Below are positions 1 to 8,419 of a stretch of 41,436 nt of DNA, piece after piece. The number at the start of each line of letters is the position of its first letter. The first letter of the stretch is position 1. The stretch is from NCBI GenBank assembly GCA_964532715.1, contig CAZHIX010000001.1, forward strand, positions 25,000-66,435. Reading direction: 5' to 3'. The notes under the pieces are model-generated. The model worked only from the letters and a program-made list of their open reading frames with translations, did not search any database and was not told the origin of the DNA. The translations under genes were made by a program, and so were the position numbers. Source of the DNA: Candidatus Micrarchaeota archaeon. Lineage in GTDB: Archaea; Micrarchaeota; Micrarchaeia; Anstonellales; Anstonellaceae.

Positions 1-25
1 TTTTCATCACGGAGTGGAAGTATTA

Positions 26-2769
26 GTCTCGAATTAACCAGTGTGGTATTGAAATTGTAGAAAGTTTAAGAAATAAAATAGTTAGTCCTAGTCTCGAATT
101 AACCAGTGTGGTATTGAAATCTTTTTTGAACACTACGCCCACTATGACCATAACCGTCTCGAATTAACCAGTGTGGTATTGAAATCTCTAATCCCCAATA
201 TCCAAGAATACCGCTATAAGTCTCGAATTAACCAGTGTGGTATTGAAATGCTGAAGACGTTGCAACTGGCGGGCTAACAGTAGCGTCTCGAATTAACCAG
301 TGTGGTATTGAAATGCAATTAGCTTAGTTTTGTGGGTTGAGTTTTATGGTCTCGAATTAACCAGTGTGGTATTGAAATACAACTACTTCCGCACGAACAA
401 TATGTCCAAGCCAGTCTCGAATTAACCAGTGTGGTATTGAAATCGCCGTTTCCGTGCGGTTTTACTTCTCGTATTATGTCTCGAATTAACCAGTGTGGTA
501 TTGAAATGCCAGCGGTCTCATTATTTTTACATTTTGCAAGCGGTCTCGAATTAACCAGTGTGGTATTGAAATCACAAGCAACACCACAAGCCCTCAATAT
601 GACATAGTCTCGAATTAACCAGTGTGGTATTGAAATTATATTATAAATACTATATAAACAATATTATAAATGTCTCGAATTAACCAGTGTGGTATTGAAA
701 TTGCGGAGTTCAGGCGTCAGGTAAAGTTTGGGAACGCGTCTCGAATTAACCAGTGTGGTATTGAAATTAGTTTTTTGCAAAACTGTGAAATATTGATAAT
801 GCGTCTCGAATTAACCAGTGTGGTATTGAAATCATATAACACCTCACACGTTATAGTTTCTTTTACGTCTCGAATTAACCAGTGTGGTATTGAAATTCAA
901 AACAGACAAAAAATATTGTATCAGTATTAAGTCTCGAATTAACCAGTGTGGTATTGAAATTAGCCCTTGCTCATAAATGTATATCTTGTATTCCTGTCTC
1001 GAATTAACCAGTGTGGTATTGAAATTTACTTTGTTTGTATTGTGCTTGCGCACAATACATGTCTCGAATTAACCAGTGTGGTATTGAAATGCAACTTGTG
1101 CCGATGTGGCGAGATGTTGCGTTAAGTCTCGAATTAACCAGTGTGGTATTGAAATTGGCAGAAGTCAAAAATTTTGTGTATGGGATGCTGTCTCGAATTA
1201 ACCAGTGTGGTATTGAAATGCAGTTGCTAATTGCAACCACTTTAAAATATTCTGCGTCTCGAATTAACCAGTGTGGTATTGAAATGTGCTACCTCGTAGC
1301 ATCACAAGGCTGTTCCTACGTCTCGAATTAACCAGTGTGGTATTGAAATGTGTCCAGTTGTTGTTGTTGGTGGTGTGGTCTCGAATTAACCAGTGTGGTA
1401 TTGAAATTTTGCAAGTATGTCTCTTAGCCCTTGCTCATAAATGTCTCGAATTAACCAGTGTGGTATTGAAATCAGTATGTTGAGTTGTGGCAGTATGCTG
1501 AGTTGTGTCTCGAATTAACCAGTGTGGTATTGAAATTAATACCTTGAAAGTATTTGACAAGATTTCCACGAGTCTCGAATTAACCAGTGTGGTATTGAAA
1601 TACTTGGAAAAAGAGTAGTATTTCTTATCCCTTCAGTCTCGAATTAACCAGTGTGGTATTGAAATATTACGCTTGTGTATTACAAATTTATTCATCTTAT
1701 GTCTCGAATTAACCAGTGTGGTATTGAAATAGTTCTGCCTGCAATTTAATTTTAGGTTCAAGTCCGTCTCGAATTAACCAGTGTGGTATTGAAATGGAGT
1801 TTGCCAATCAAGTTTTTGTGATGAAAATAAGTCTCGAATTAACCAGTGTGGTATTGAAATACGGAATACAAATAAGGGGAAGTGAAAAAGACTTTGTCTC
1901 GAATTAACCAGTGTGGTATTGAAATAGACGTAGCCTTAGAAACAGGCATAAACTGGGAAAGTCTCGAATTAACCAGTGTGGTATTGAAATGTGCTTTCCA
2001 ACGTCGTAAGACTTCCAAGCATTGGTCTCGAATTAACCAGTGTGGTATTGAAATACAAAACCTAATTGTTTTTCAAAAAACTTTGATTGTGTCTCGAATT
2101 AACCAGTGTGGTATTGAAATGCATACACGCACGCACAAACGCACCATTACCTTTGGTCTCGAATTAACCAGTGTGGTATTGAAATTAGAAAAAAACTGGG
2201 GCACAATAGACAATACAGGAGTCTCGAATTAACCAGTGTGGTATTGAAATACGTTAGGAACAGTTTTAAGAGGCGGCGAAACCTCGTCTCGAATTAACCA
2301 GTGTGGTATTGAAATGAGGCTCCCCTGGCAAGACAGAGCTGACTGGCATTGTCTCGAATTAACCAGTGTGGTATTGAAATAAGCCCTTCACCAAGTCCCA
2401 GCTTAAGTCCGCCAAGTCTCGAATTAACCAGTGTGGTATTGAAATAGCTTTGCTGATGTGCTCATAATCCCTGTTGCTCGTCTCGAATTAACCAGTGTGG
2501 TATTGAAATCGGGGCAACTTGACGCAACTGAGAGCATAAGCAAGTCTCGAATTAACCAGTGTGGTATTGAAATAAATAAGCATTAAGTTGCTTGTTTAGG
2601 AATTCGCAGGTCTCGAATTAACCAGTGTGGTATTGAAATGACCGGTTATAGTATATGCCTTCGGCATGATTATTTGTCTCGAATTAACCAGTGTGGTATT
2701 GAAATCAAGCAATTTCTTCATCGCCCGGCTTTAGTTCTTGTCTCGAATTAACCAGTGTGGTATTGAAAT
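26..2769 (+). CRISPR. CRISPR array: 43 identical 30-bp repeats GTCTCGAATTAACCAGTGTGGTATTGAAAT, 42 complete spacers (28-36 bp, mostly 34-36) plus a partial spacer at 1-25, so the array continues beyond the left edge
   Basis: Repeat starts were read directly at 26, 91, 156, 220, 285, 349 ... 2610, 2676, 2740 (period ~64-66 bp). All copies look identical. The repeat has a small hairpin ACCA-gtg-TGGT followed by ATTGAAAT, the layout of Cas6-processed class 1 repeats with an 8-nt 5' handle, which argues for + strand transcription. Confidence 0.97.
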
Positions 2770-2795
2770 CACATGCAATCGCGCGCAAAACAAAT

Positions 2796-4121
2796 CTATC
2801 TCTTGTAATCTTCAATGAATGTTATTAGCGCATATTCAAGAAATTGTTGAATACTTCTGTTCTCAAGTGCTCTGTAATAGTTTTGTTTGGTCTTCTCAAA
2901 TATAGTCAGTGGCAAGTATCCATTCTGCTCAAGTAAATGGTTAAGTAACAATCTACCAACTCTTCCATTTCCATCTGCAAATGGATGAATAATCTCAAAT
3001 TGCATATGAAAAAGAGACGCCAAAACAAATGGGTGATATTTTTTCTTATTTGTTTCTAACCACTCAACAAGCATTTTCATCCTCTCACTTACATATTGTG
3101 GGGGAGTGGTCGGACTCATAGGTTTTACATAATTGTAAATTGTTTTGTAAACACCTGGGTTTGCATCAATATCTGTCTGAATTAAAAAATGAATTTCTTT
3201 TATAAAATCCTCACTTATTTTCTCATCTTTTTTTATTTTCATAAACTGCAAAGCTCTTCTCATATTATTTGTTTCATGCATTTCTCTTTTTGATATTCTT
3301 GAAGTTTGAATCTCATCTCTAAAAGCATCATCTACTTCCTTTTGACTCATAGTGTTTCCTTCTATACTATTTGTATTGTAAACATATTTTCTCTCCCACT
3401 GCTGTCTTATTCCAACTCCAACCTCGTGAGGCAAAGCCACTAAAAATAAAAAATATTCCTTATTTGTCTGTTCTGCCGTTTTCAAAAGCTGTTCTAATCT
3501 CAAATCAAGACTTACTGTCTTTTTCATTATCTCAATATCTGTCTGATTTACATATGCTTCATCACACATTTTGATTATTTGTGGTTCACTAGTTGTTTGA
3601 GTAGGTCTATTATCTGGTTTTTTGAGAGTTAATGTTCCAATTAAGTTATCAAAGTCTCTCAAATCAAATTTTGGTTTAAGTCCATGATAACCAAGAAGTG
3701 TTTCTACTATCGCCTCATTGATTTTAAGTGTATAAATTATTGGTCTATTTGAAATCTTGAGCACAATTCTTTTTTGAAGAGCATCTTCTTCAATAATTTT
3801 TATATCACTATAACTTAGTTCTTTGTGGTGCGTCTTTAATTTTTTAGACAATTTCAAAAGTACCTGTTTAAATTTAGGAGTAATAAAAAAATGAAAATGT
3901 TCAGGCGCCATAGCCATGAGATTCATTATCTGATTTGGTTTTTTGCTGGGTTTATAATATGTGTATTTTCCTTCAATTTTAACTATTAATTTTTCTTTTT
4001 CAAGAGATTTTAGATAAACATAAACGTTGGGCATTAGCATATTTAGTTTTGTAGCAATCTCTTTAGGTGTAATTTCACTGCCATGCAAATATATCAATTT
4101 CAAAACACTATATTTTTTCAT
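2796..4121 (-). CDS. Fic/DOC-family AMPylase (class II-like, auto-inhibited) with N-terminal winged-helix domain
   Basis: ORF 2796..4250; preferred start is the ATG at 4121 (MKKYSV...). The Fic core motif is HPFADGNGRVGR (HxFx[D/E]GNGRxxR). Upstream is TNSIEGN, matching the inhibitory helix motif [S/T]xxxE[G/N]. The N-terminus ITPKEIATKLNMLMPNVYVYLKSLEKEKLIV looks like a wHTH. Confidence 0.88.
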   Translation of the reverse strand: MKKYSVLKLIYLHGSEITPKEIATKLNMLMPNVYVYLKSLEKEKLIVKIEGKYTYYKPSKKPNQIMNLMAMAPEHFHFFITPKFKQVLLKLSKKLKTHHKELSYSDIKIIEEDALQKRIVLKISNRPIIYTLKINEAIVETLLGYHGLKPKFDLRDFDNLIGTLTLKKPDNRPTQTTSEPQIIKMCDEAYVNQTDIEIMKKTVSLDLRLEQLLKTAEQTNKEYFLFLVALPHEVGVGIRQQWERKYVYNTNSIEGNTMSQKEVDDAFRDEIQTSRISKREMHETNNMRRALQFMKIKKDEKISEDFIKEIHFLIQTDIDANPGVYKTIYNYVKPMSPTTPPQYVSERMKMLVEWLETNKKKYHPFVLASLFHMQFEIIHPFADGNGRVGRLLLNHLLEQNGYLPLTIFEKTKQNYYRALENRSIQQFLEYALITFIEDYKR

Positions 4122-4356
4122 GTATATATCTTGGGTAAATTTATATATAAAGATATTTAGAATAAGGCAAAAAAGGTGAATTCTTGCGCTATTCTTGATA
4201 AAATTATATATAAAAAATTGCATTATTACCAATCTAGTCCATGTGTACAAAGCATAGTAACGAATAAATGTCTCATGGTGATATTATTGCTACTTTAGTT
4301 CAAAGTTTACTTGCAACAAACGCACAACTTCAAATATCTCTAAATCTCAAAAGATT

Positions 4357-5238
4357 CTAGATTTCTTTTATGAGTTTCAAAAATACGGGTGTAAGCACTT
4401 TTTGCAAAAATACTTCCAAATCCTTGTGTTCAGCTGGTTTAATATACAACGCTCGTTCATGTTTTGCTTCTTGTGCCAAATATCTGAGATACTCTAAAAT
4501 ATTATTTTTGCGCTGTGTAAATGTACTTGCATATATGGGTGCGCTATTTATCTGTCGTTTTATTTTATTCATAGCATTATTATCTTCTGTAAGTTTGAAT
4601 AAATCAACCAACTCTTGCATATAAAATAAGTCCACCATATCTCGTGGTTTGGTCAAATCTTTACGTGTAAGTATCGCCGCGAGTTTCTCACAAACAATTT
4701 CTTTTGGGGAGTAGCAAGGAACTTTCAATTTGAGAAAATAGTCTGGTGCAACAATGGGGTGTAGTGCCAAAAGTTTTTTTTCTTCAGACTCGGACACTTT
4801 TAGTGTCTGCACTACTCGATTCTGGATACCAAAAACAATTTCCTGTGCAAAGTTGACTGACATTACTAACTTCCCACTCCCGCAAACTAAATCCCATTTC
4901 ATCAATCTTCCTCCCTGCGTGCCAAAATGTTGCCCTATTCCAACATCGATACTTGATAATGCTTCAAGATGAGATTTTTCAAATATATGATAATGATTAC
5001 GATTCTGTTTTTTTGTCCAAGCAAAATCTAAATCCTCTGAGAAACGATAATACTCCAAAAGAGTGCGCGTAATGCAAGTTCCACCTTTGAAAATAAGCTT
5101 TTCTCTAGCCTGAGAGTTAGAATAGATTTGATTGAGCACAAGTTTCTGCCATATATCCTTTTCCACCAACGTGTCAGGGTGTCTGGTTAATCGGACCAAT
5201 TCTGCTGAAAATCTCTTAAGAGATGTCTCATCAACCAT
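4357..5238 (-). CDS. abiEii: AbiEii/DUF1814-family nucleotidyltransferase toxin (type IV TA / abortive infection)
   Basis: The motifs FKGGTCI, RFSEDLDF and KLAAILTRKDLTKPRDMVDLFY match the three conserved AbiEii NTase motifs. The gene sits directly downstream of a putative AbiEi partner. Confidence 0.8.
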   Translation of the reverse strand: MVDETSLKRFSAELVRLTRHPDTLVEKDIWQKLVLNQIYSNSQAREKLIFKGGTCITRTLLEYYRFSEDLDFAWTKKQNRNHYHIFEKSHLEALSSIDVGIGQHFGTQGGRLMKWDLVCGSGKLVMSVNFAQEIVFGIQNRVVQTLKVSESEEKKLLALHPIVAPDYFLKLKVPCYSPKEIVCEKLAAILTRKDLTKPRDMVDLFYMQELVDLFKLTEDNNAMNKIKRQINSAPIYASTFTQRKNNILEYLRYLAQEAKHERALYIKPAEHKDLEVFLQKVLTPVFLKLIKEI

Positions 5239-5913
5239 TCAACCACACACCTGTTGTACTGCACGTAAAACTGCTATGTTGTATGGTTTTGGATATATTC
5301 TAATCAATTTATGTTTGAGTTTTTTGGTAACATTTGGTGATGATTGCAAAATATCTTTACATATCCTAATCGCGTATTTTTGTTTTGATTGCTTTATATC
5401 AAAGTAAAGATAATCTGTAAGTGTTCTTTCTAAAGAGCTATATCTCAACTCCCCATTTTTTTCAATACCAAACAAATAATCCTTAGTACTAGACCTTCGT
5501 ATTTTGAAATTAGTTTCACAAAAAGAGAACGCAGTCTGTTGGCGACGATTTGTAATTATTATAAATTCACTTGGACTTTGATTAATTTGTCCATTAAGAT
5601 AAAGTGCAGAACTAAGACCATAATACCAGTTCTCCCCCATCGCATATGTGCACGCGCTTGCCACAATCTCAAGTGAACGATTTTTTAGAAATTTAGTGCT
5701 AAACTCATCTGGATCAAGCAAATAATAAATTCCATCAAAATGAATTGGAAGGATATATTTACCTCTTACTAATCCTTGGCGGACTATTTTTGGTTCAAAT
5801 CCAAACGTTTTAGCTACTTTAGTAATCATTTTGGTATCTATAATTCTGATTTTAGATTTGGGTGTATGAGAAAGAAGTGCTCTGTAAATCAATGATACTT
5901 TTGTTTGTGCCAT
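5239..5913 (-). CDS. abiEi: AbiEi-like antitoxin/transcriptional regulator (call is mainly contextual)
   Basis: 224 aa. Its stop codon (5239-5241) directly abuts the AbiEii start codon (5236-5238), reading TGAATG on the coding strand, which implies translational coupling. The N-terminal segment is wHTH-like. The family call rests on size and position more than on a sharp motif. Confidence 0.6.
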   Translation of the reverse strand: MAQTKVSLIYRALLSHTPKSKIRIIDTKMITKVAKTFGFEPKIVRQGLVRGKYILPIHFDGIYYLLDPDEFSTKFLKNRSLEIVASACTYAMGENWYYGLSSALYLNGQINQSPSEFIIITNRRQQTAFSFCETNFKIRRSSTKDYLFGIEKNGELRYSSLERTLTDYLYFDIKQSKQKYAIRICKDILQSSPNVTKKLKHKLIRIYPKPYNIAVLRAVQQVCG

Positions 5914-6130
5914 AATTGGTTTTAGATAGACATGTTTAAAAGCCTTTTTTGCTTTTATGACACACTGATACCTAAAACCAAAAGTCCTATTTTACCTCGC
6001 ATTATATCGTATTTTAGAAATTTATTACTCAAAACTAGTCGTTCCAATCTTAACCCTCAACTAAACCACGCATCAGCGGAAAACTCCCCTCTTTACGCTC
6101 TTTTTATACTTTAATTGCGCACAGTCTTTC

Positions 6131-6841
6131 ATGGTATCTGATATCTATACTCCCATCGCTCAAAATGTCTGGCAATTTGTTTGCGATAATAATTGTCAAT
6201 CGCGCATTATATCCTTTGATTTGGAAACAAAAATTCAATCTCCAGATGATTTTCTAACAAACGAAACAATACTTGCAATTGGTATGGCAAGAAGAATTTC
6301 AAAAGATGAAATAGAAAAAAAGATATTTGTATTAGAAGATGAAACTGAAGGCTCACAAGAAAAATTATTAGAACAATGCGCGCAGTATCTTAATCTTGTC
6401 CGTCCACTAATTTTGGTGGGCTATAATATCTGTGGTTATGACTTTCCCCTAATGCTTCTAAAACTAAAATGGTATGAACAAATAAAAAAAAGAAAAAATC
6501 CAGATCAAAAAGCATATCTTCCAAAAGAGTATTGGGCACTAAAAGATGCGCTCACACGCTCATACATATTGGACATAATGCACCCTCTACGTTTTACTGT
6601 GGCACAATATGATAACACTACTCCAAAATATCAGAAATTAGAATACATAATATCTCATCCTATGTGTCAAAATCTAAATTTATTAAACACAAAAAAACTT
6701 GCGCATGGTTCAAGTACTCAGAACAAAGGAGAAAAAATATACCAGCTCTGGCAACAAAAACATCCAGATCTATCAAATTATCTGCAAGGTGATGTGCACG
6801 ATGTTTTAGTTTTAGCCGAAGAACTATTTTTAAAAAAATAA
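6131..6841 (+). CDS. Stand-alone 3'-5' exonuclease, RNase H-fold, DEDDy type (PolB-exonuclease-like)
   Basis: Exo I is ISFDLET. Exo II is LVGYNICGYDFPLML. Exo III is YLQGDVHDV (Y-x3-D). There is no polymerase domain (236 aa). Confidence 0.6.
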   Translation: MVSDIYTPIAQNVWQFVCDNNCQSRIISFDLETKIQSPDDFLTNETILAIGMARRISKDEIEKKIFVLEDETEGSQEKLLEQCAQYLNLVRPLILVGYNICGYDFPLMLLKLKWYEQIKKRKNPDQKAYLPKEYWALKDALTRSYILDIMHPLRFTVAQYDNTTPKYQKLEYIISHPMCQNLNLLNTKKLAHGSSTQNKGEKIYQLWQQKHPDLSNYLQGDVHDVLVLAEELFLKK

Positions 6842-6903
6842 GATTATGAAATATTCCAAGGCGGTGAATCTTCAGATACTCAATTCATTTTGTAATAATA
6901 TGC

Positions 6904-6991
6904 TGTCCAATACATTGAACATATGTCTAATTAATTAGATTATAATCTTTCAATTATATTTAAATATACATTTGTCCAATATATTAAACAT
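6904..6991 (+). promoter_or_regulatory. Two 19-nt direct repeats TGTCCAATA(C/T)ATT(G/A)AACAT (6904-6922 and 6973-6991) in the MNT/HEPN upstream region; the second ends at the ATG
   Basis: 17/19 identical and 69 bp apart (start to start). A TATA-like TTTAAATATA (about 6958-6967) lies between them. This is a candidate operator for the wHTH of the downstream MNT protein. Confidence 0.4.
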
Positions 6992-7535
6992 GTTAAATCA
7001 ATATGCAATTATACGCGCACTAGAAACAATCTCAAATCGTCCTCAATCGCCAATGTCTGTTCGCCAGCTTGCAAAGTTTGCAAAAATAAGTCCTGCAATG
7101 GCATCAATAGCTTTTGATTATTTCAAGGGTGCAGATCTAATAAAAATTGAGCAAATAGGTAGAACCTATCAGTTTCATGCTAATTTGCAAAACCCTCTCA
7201 TGCGAGAATGGAAGATTCTTTTTACATTAAATCATATTCAAAAAAGCAATTTTGTGAATTCAGTACTCAAAAAATTATCTAACGTGCAATCCATTCTTCT
7301 TTATGGGAGTAAAGCTCGTGGTGTTGATGATGAAAAAAGTGATATTGACATATTAATCATTTCTCACAATTATCCAAAGGATGTAAATTTGACTATCAAT
7401 ATACCTTTTGAATCAAACATCTTAATTTATACTCCATCTGAATGGAAACAAAAATTTAGAAATAATAAAGTTTTTTATGACAATATAATATATGATTCAA
7501 TAGTTCTATACGGAACACGACCTGTGATTTTATGA
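6990..7535 (+). CDS. Minimal nucleotidyltransferase (MNT) with N-terminal wHTH-like extension; antitoxin-like partner of HEPN
   Basis: LLYGSKARGVDDEKSDIDILII matches the GSxxRG...DxD MNT signature. ATG at 6990 is preferred over TTG at 6972. It has a 4-bp ATGA overlap with the next ORF. Confidence 0.8.
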   Translation: MLNQYAIIRALETISNRPQSPMSVRQLAKFAKISPAMASIAFDYFKGADLIKIEQIGRTYQFHANLQNPLMREWKILFTLNHIQKSNFVNSVLKKLSNVQSILLYGSKARGVDDEKSDIDILIISHNYPKDVNLTINIPFESNILIYTPSEWKQKFRNNKVFYDNIIYDSIVLYGTRPVIL

Positions 7536-7969
7536 ACGTAGATGAATGCATAAAAAAAGGTTTATTACTCAAAATATCTCAAGATGTTCCAAAGGCGTTA
7601 GAGTCTATAAAAACTGCTAAAAAAAAGCTTGAACTTGCAAAGAATGAAAGTAAACATGGTTTGTATGAGGGTGCAATAGTGAGTGCATACACGTGCATGT
7701 TTCATTGTGCAAGAGCATTACTTTTCAAAGATGGATACAAAGAGCGAAGTCATTTTGCACTTGGAGTATATCTAAAGCAAAACTATCGTTCAAAGATAGA
7801 ATCAAGATTTCTAAATCAATTTGATTCTCTAAGATTACAACGACATGAAGTATTATATGGGTTAGAGAGAAATTCACAAGAAGATAAACAAGAAGCAATA
7901 GACTCAGTTTTACTTGCAAATGATTTTTACATAGCAGTAAATGAAATTGTCAAATCGGAAAGCGTATAG
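7532..7969 (+). CDS. HEPN-domain protein (toxin-like partner of MNT)
   Basis: 145 aa, predicted all-helical by composition. It is translationally coupled to MNT. The C-terminal LRLQRHEVLYG resembles the HEPN R-x(n)-H catalytic region. Confidence 0.65.
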   Translation: MNVDECIKKGLLLKISQDVPKALESIKTAKKKLELAKNESKHGLYEGAIVSAYTCMFHCARALLFKDGYKERSHFALGVYLKQNYRSKIESRFLNQFDSLRLQRHEVLYGLERNSQEDKQEAIDSVLLANDFYIAVNEIVKSESV

Positions 7970-8226
7970 TTTTTTCAGCGGTTTTTGCACCTAATGTCAT
8001 TTTTAAGAAAGATAAAACTGCGTTTTTAGAGAAATTTTCTTAATGTCAGCTCTGCGAATTATATGTGTATTTTTTCTACTTGTATAAACTCATCATTTTT
8101 TAAAATCCATTTTTGTTTTTCTACAAATCCATTCATTTTGGTAATTGTGGTTTGCATATACTCACATATGGTTGTTATATTTTAACTATAATTTTTTGAA
8201 GAAATTTTATTGTACGCGCATGAAAA

Positions 8227-8300
8227 TGCGCCTGCCGGGATTTGAACCCGGAACTTAAGCTTGGGAAGCTCACATCATAACCAGGTTTGACTACAGACGC
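8227..8300 (-). tRNA. tRNA-Gly (anticodon CCC), no encoded CCA
   Basis: Hand-folded cloverleaf on the minus strand. Acceptor GCGTCTG/CAGGCGC with one G.U pair. D stem GTCA/TGAT. Anticodon stem TGAGC/GCTTA with loop TT-CCC-AA. T arm CCGGG-TTCAAAT-CCCGG. Discriminator A. Confidence 0.93.
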
Positions 8301-8419
8301 CTCATTTGCTACTGAATGGTATTTCTTTACAATAGTTTATTATTTCTTCCATCAGCTCGTTTTTGAAAGTCTATTTTCTCCTTATAAATCAAGCAATAAA
8401 AACAAAATTATATTCATAA

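Noticed and set aside
319-2232. Nine ORF-track proteins (65-116 aa) on both strands inside 319-2232
   Set aside because: They are translations of the CRISPR repeat in different frames. The recurring peptides SRINQCGIE, LELTSVVLK, FNTTLVNSR and ISIPHWLIRD appear every ~65 nt. They are not genes.
26-2769. Self-targeting spacers against the rest of the window
   Set aside because: I saw no spacer match while reading 2770-41436, but the by-eye comparison was not exhaustive. A computational search of spacers against the whole genome is required before any claim either way.
8045-8096. Second possible box C/D sRNA on the minus strand (ATGATGA at 8096-8090 ... CTGA at 8048-8045)
   Set aside because: 41 nt separate the boxes, with no recognisable internal D'/C' boxes and no terminal stem. 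A single heptamer plus a tetramer in AT-rich DNA is weak evidence.
2796-8300. Island as a tRNA-Gly-integrated mobile element
   Set aside because: The tRNA 3' end does face the island. However, I found no integrase/recombinase ORF and no direct repeat of the tRNA 3' segment (GCGCCTGCCGGGATTTGAACC) at 2770-2795, 4122-4356 or 5914-6130. Mobility is unsupported by the sequence.
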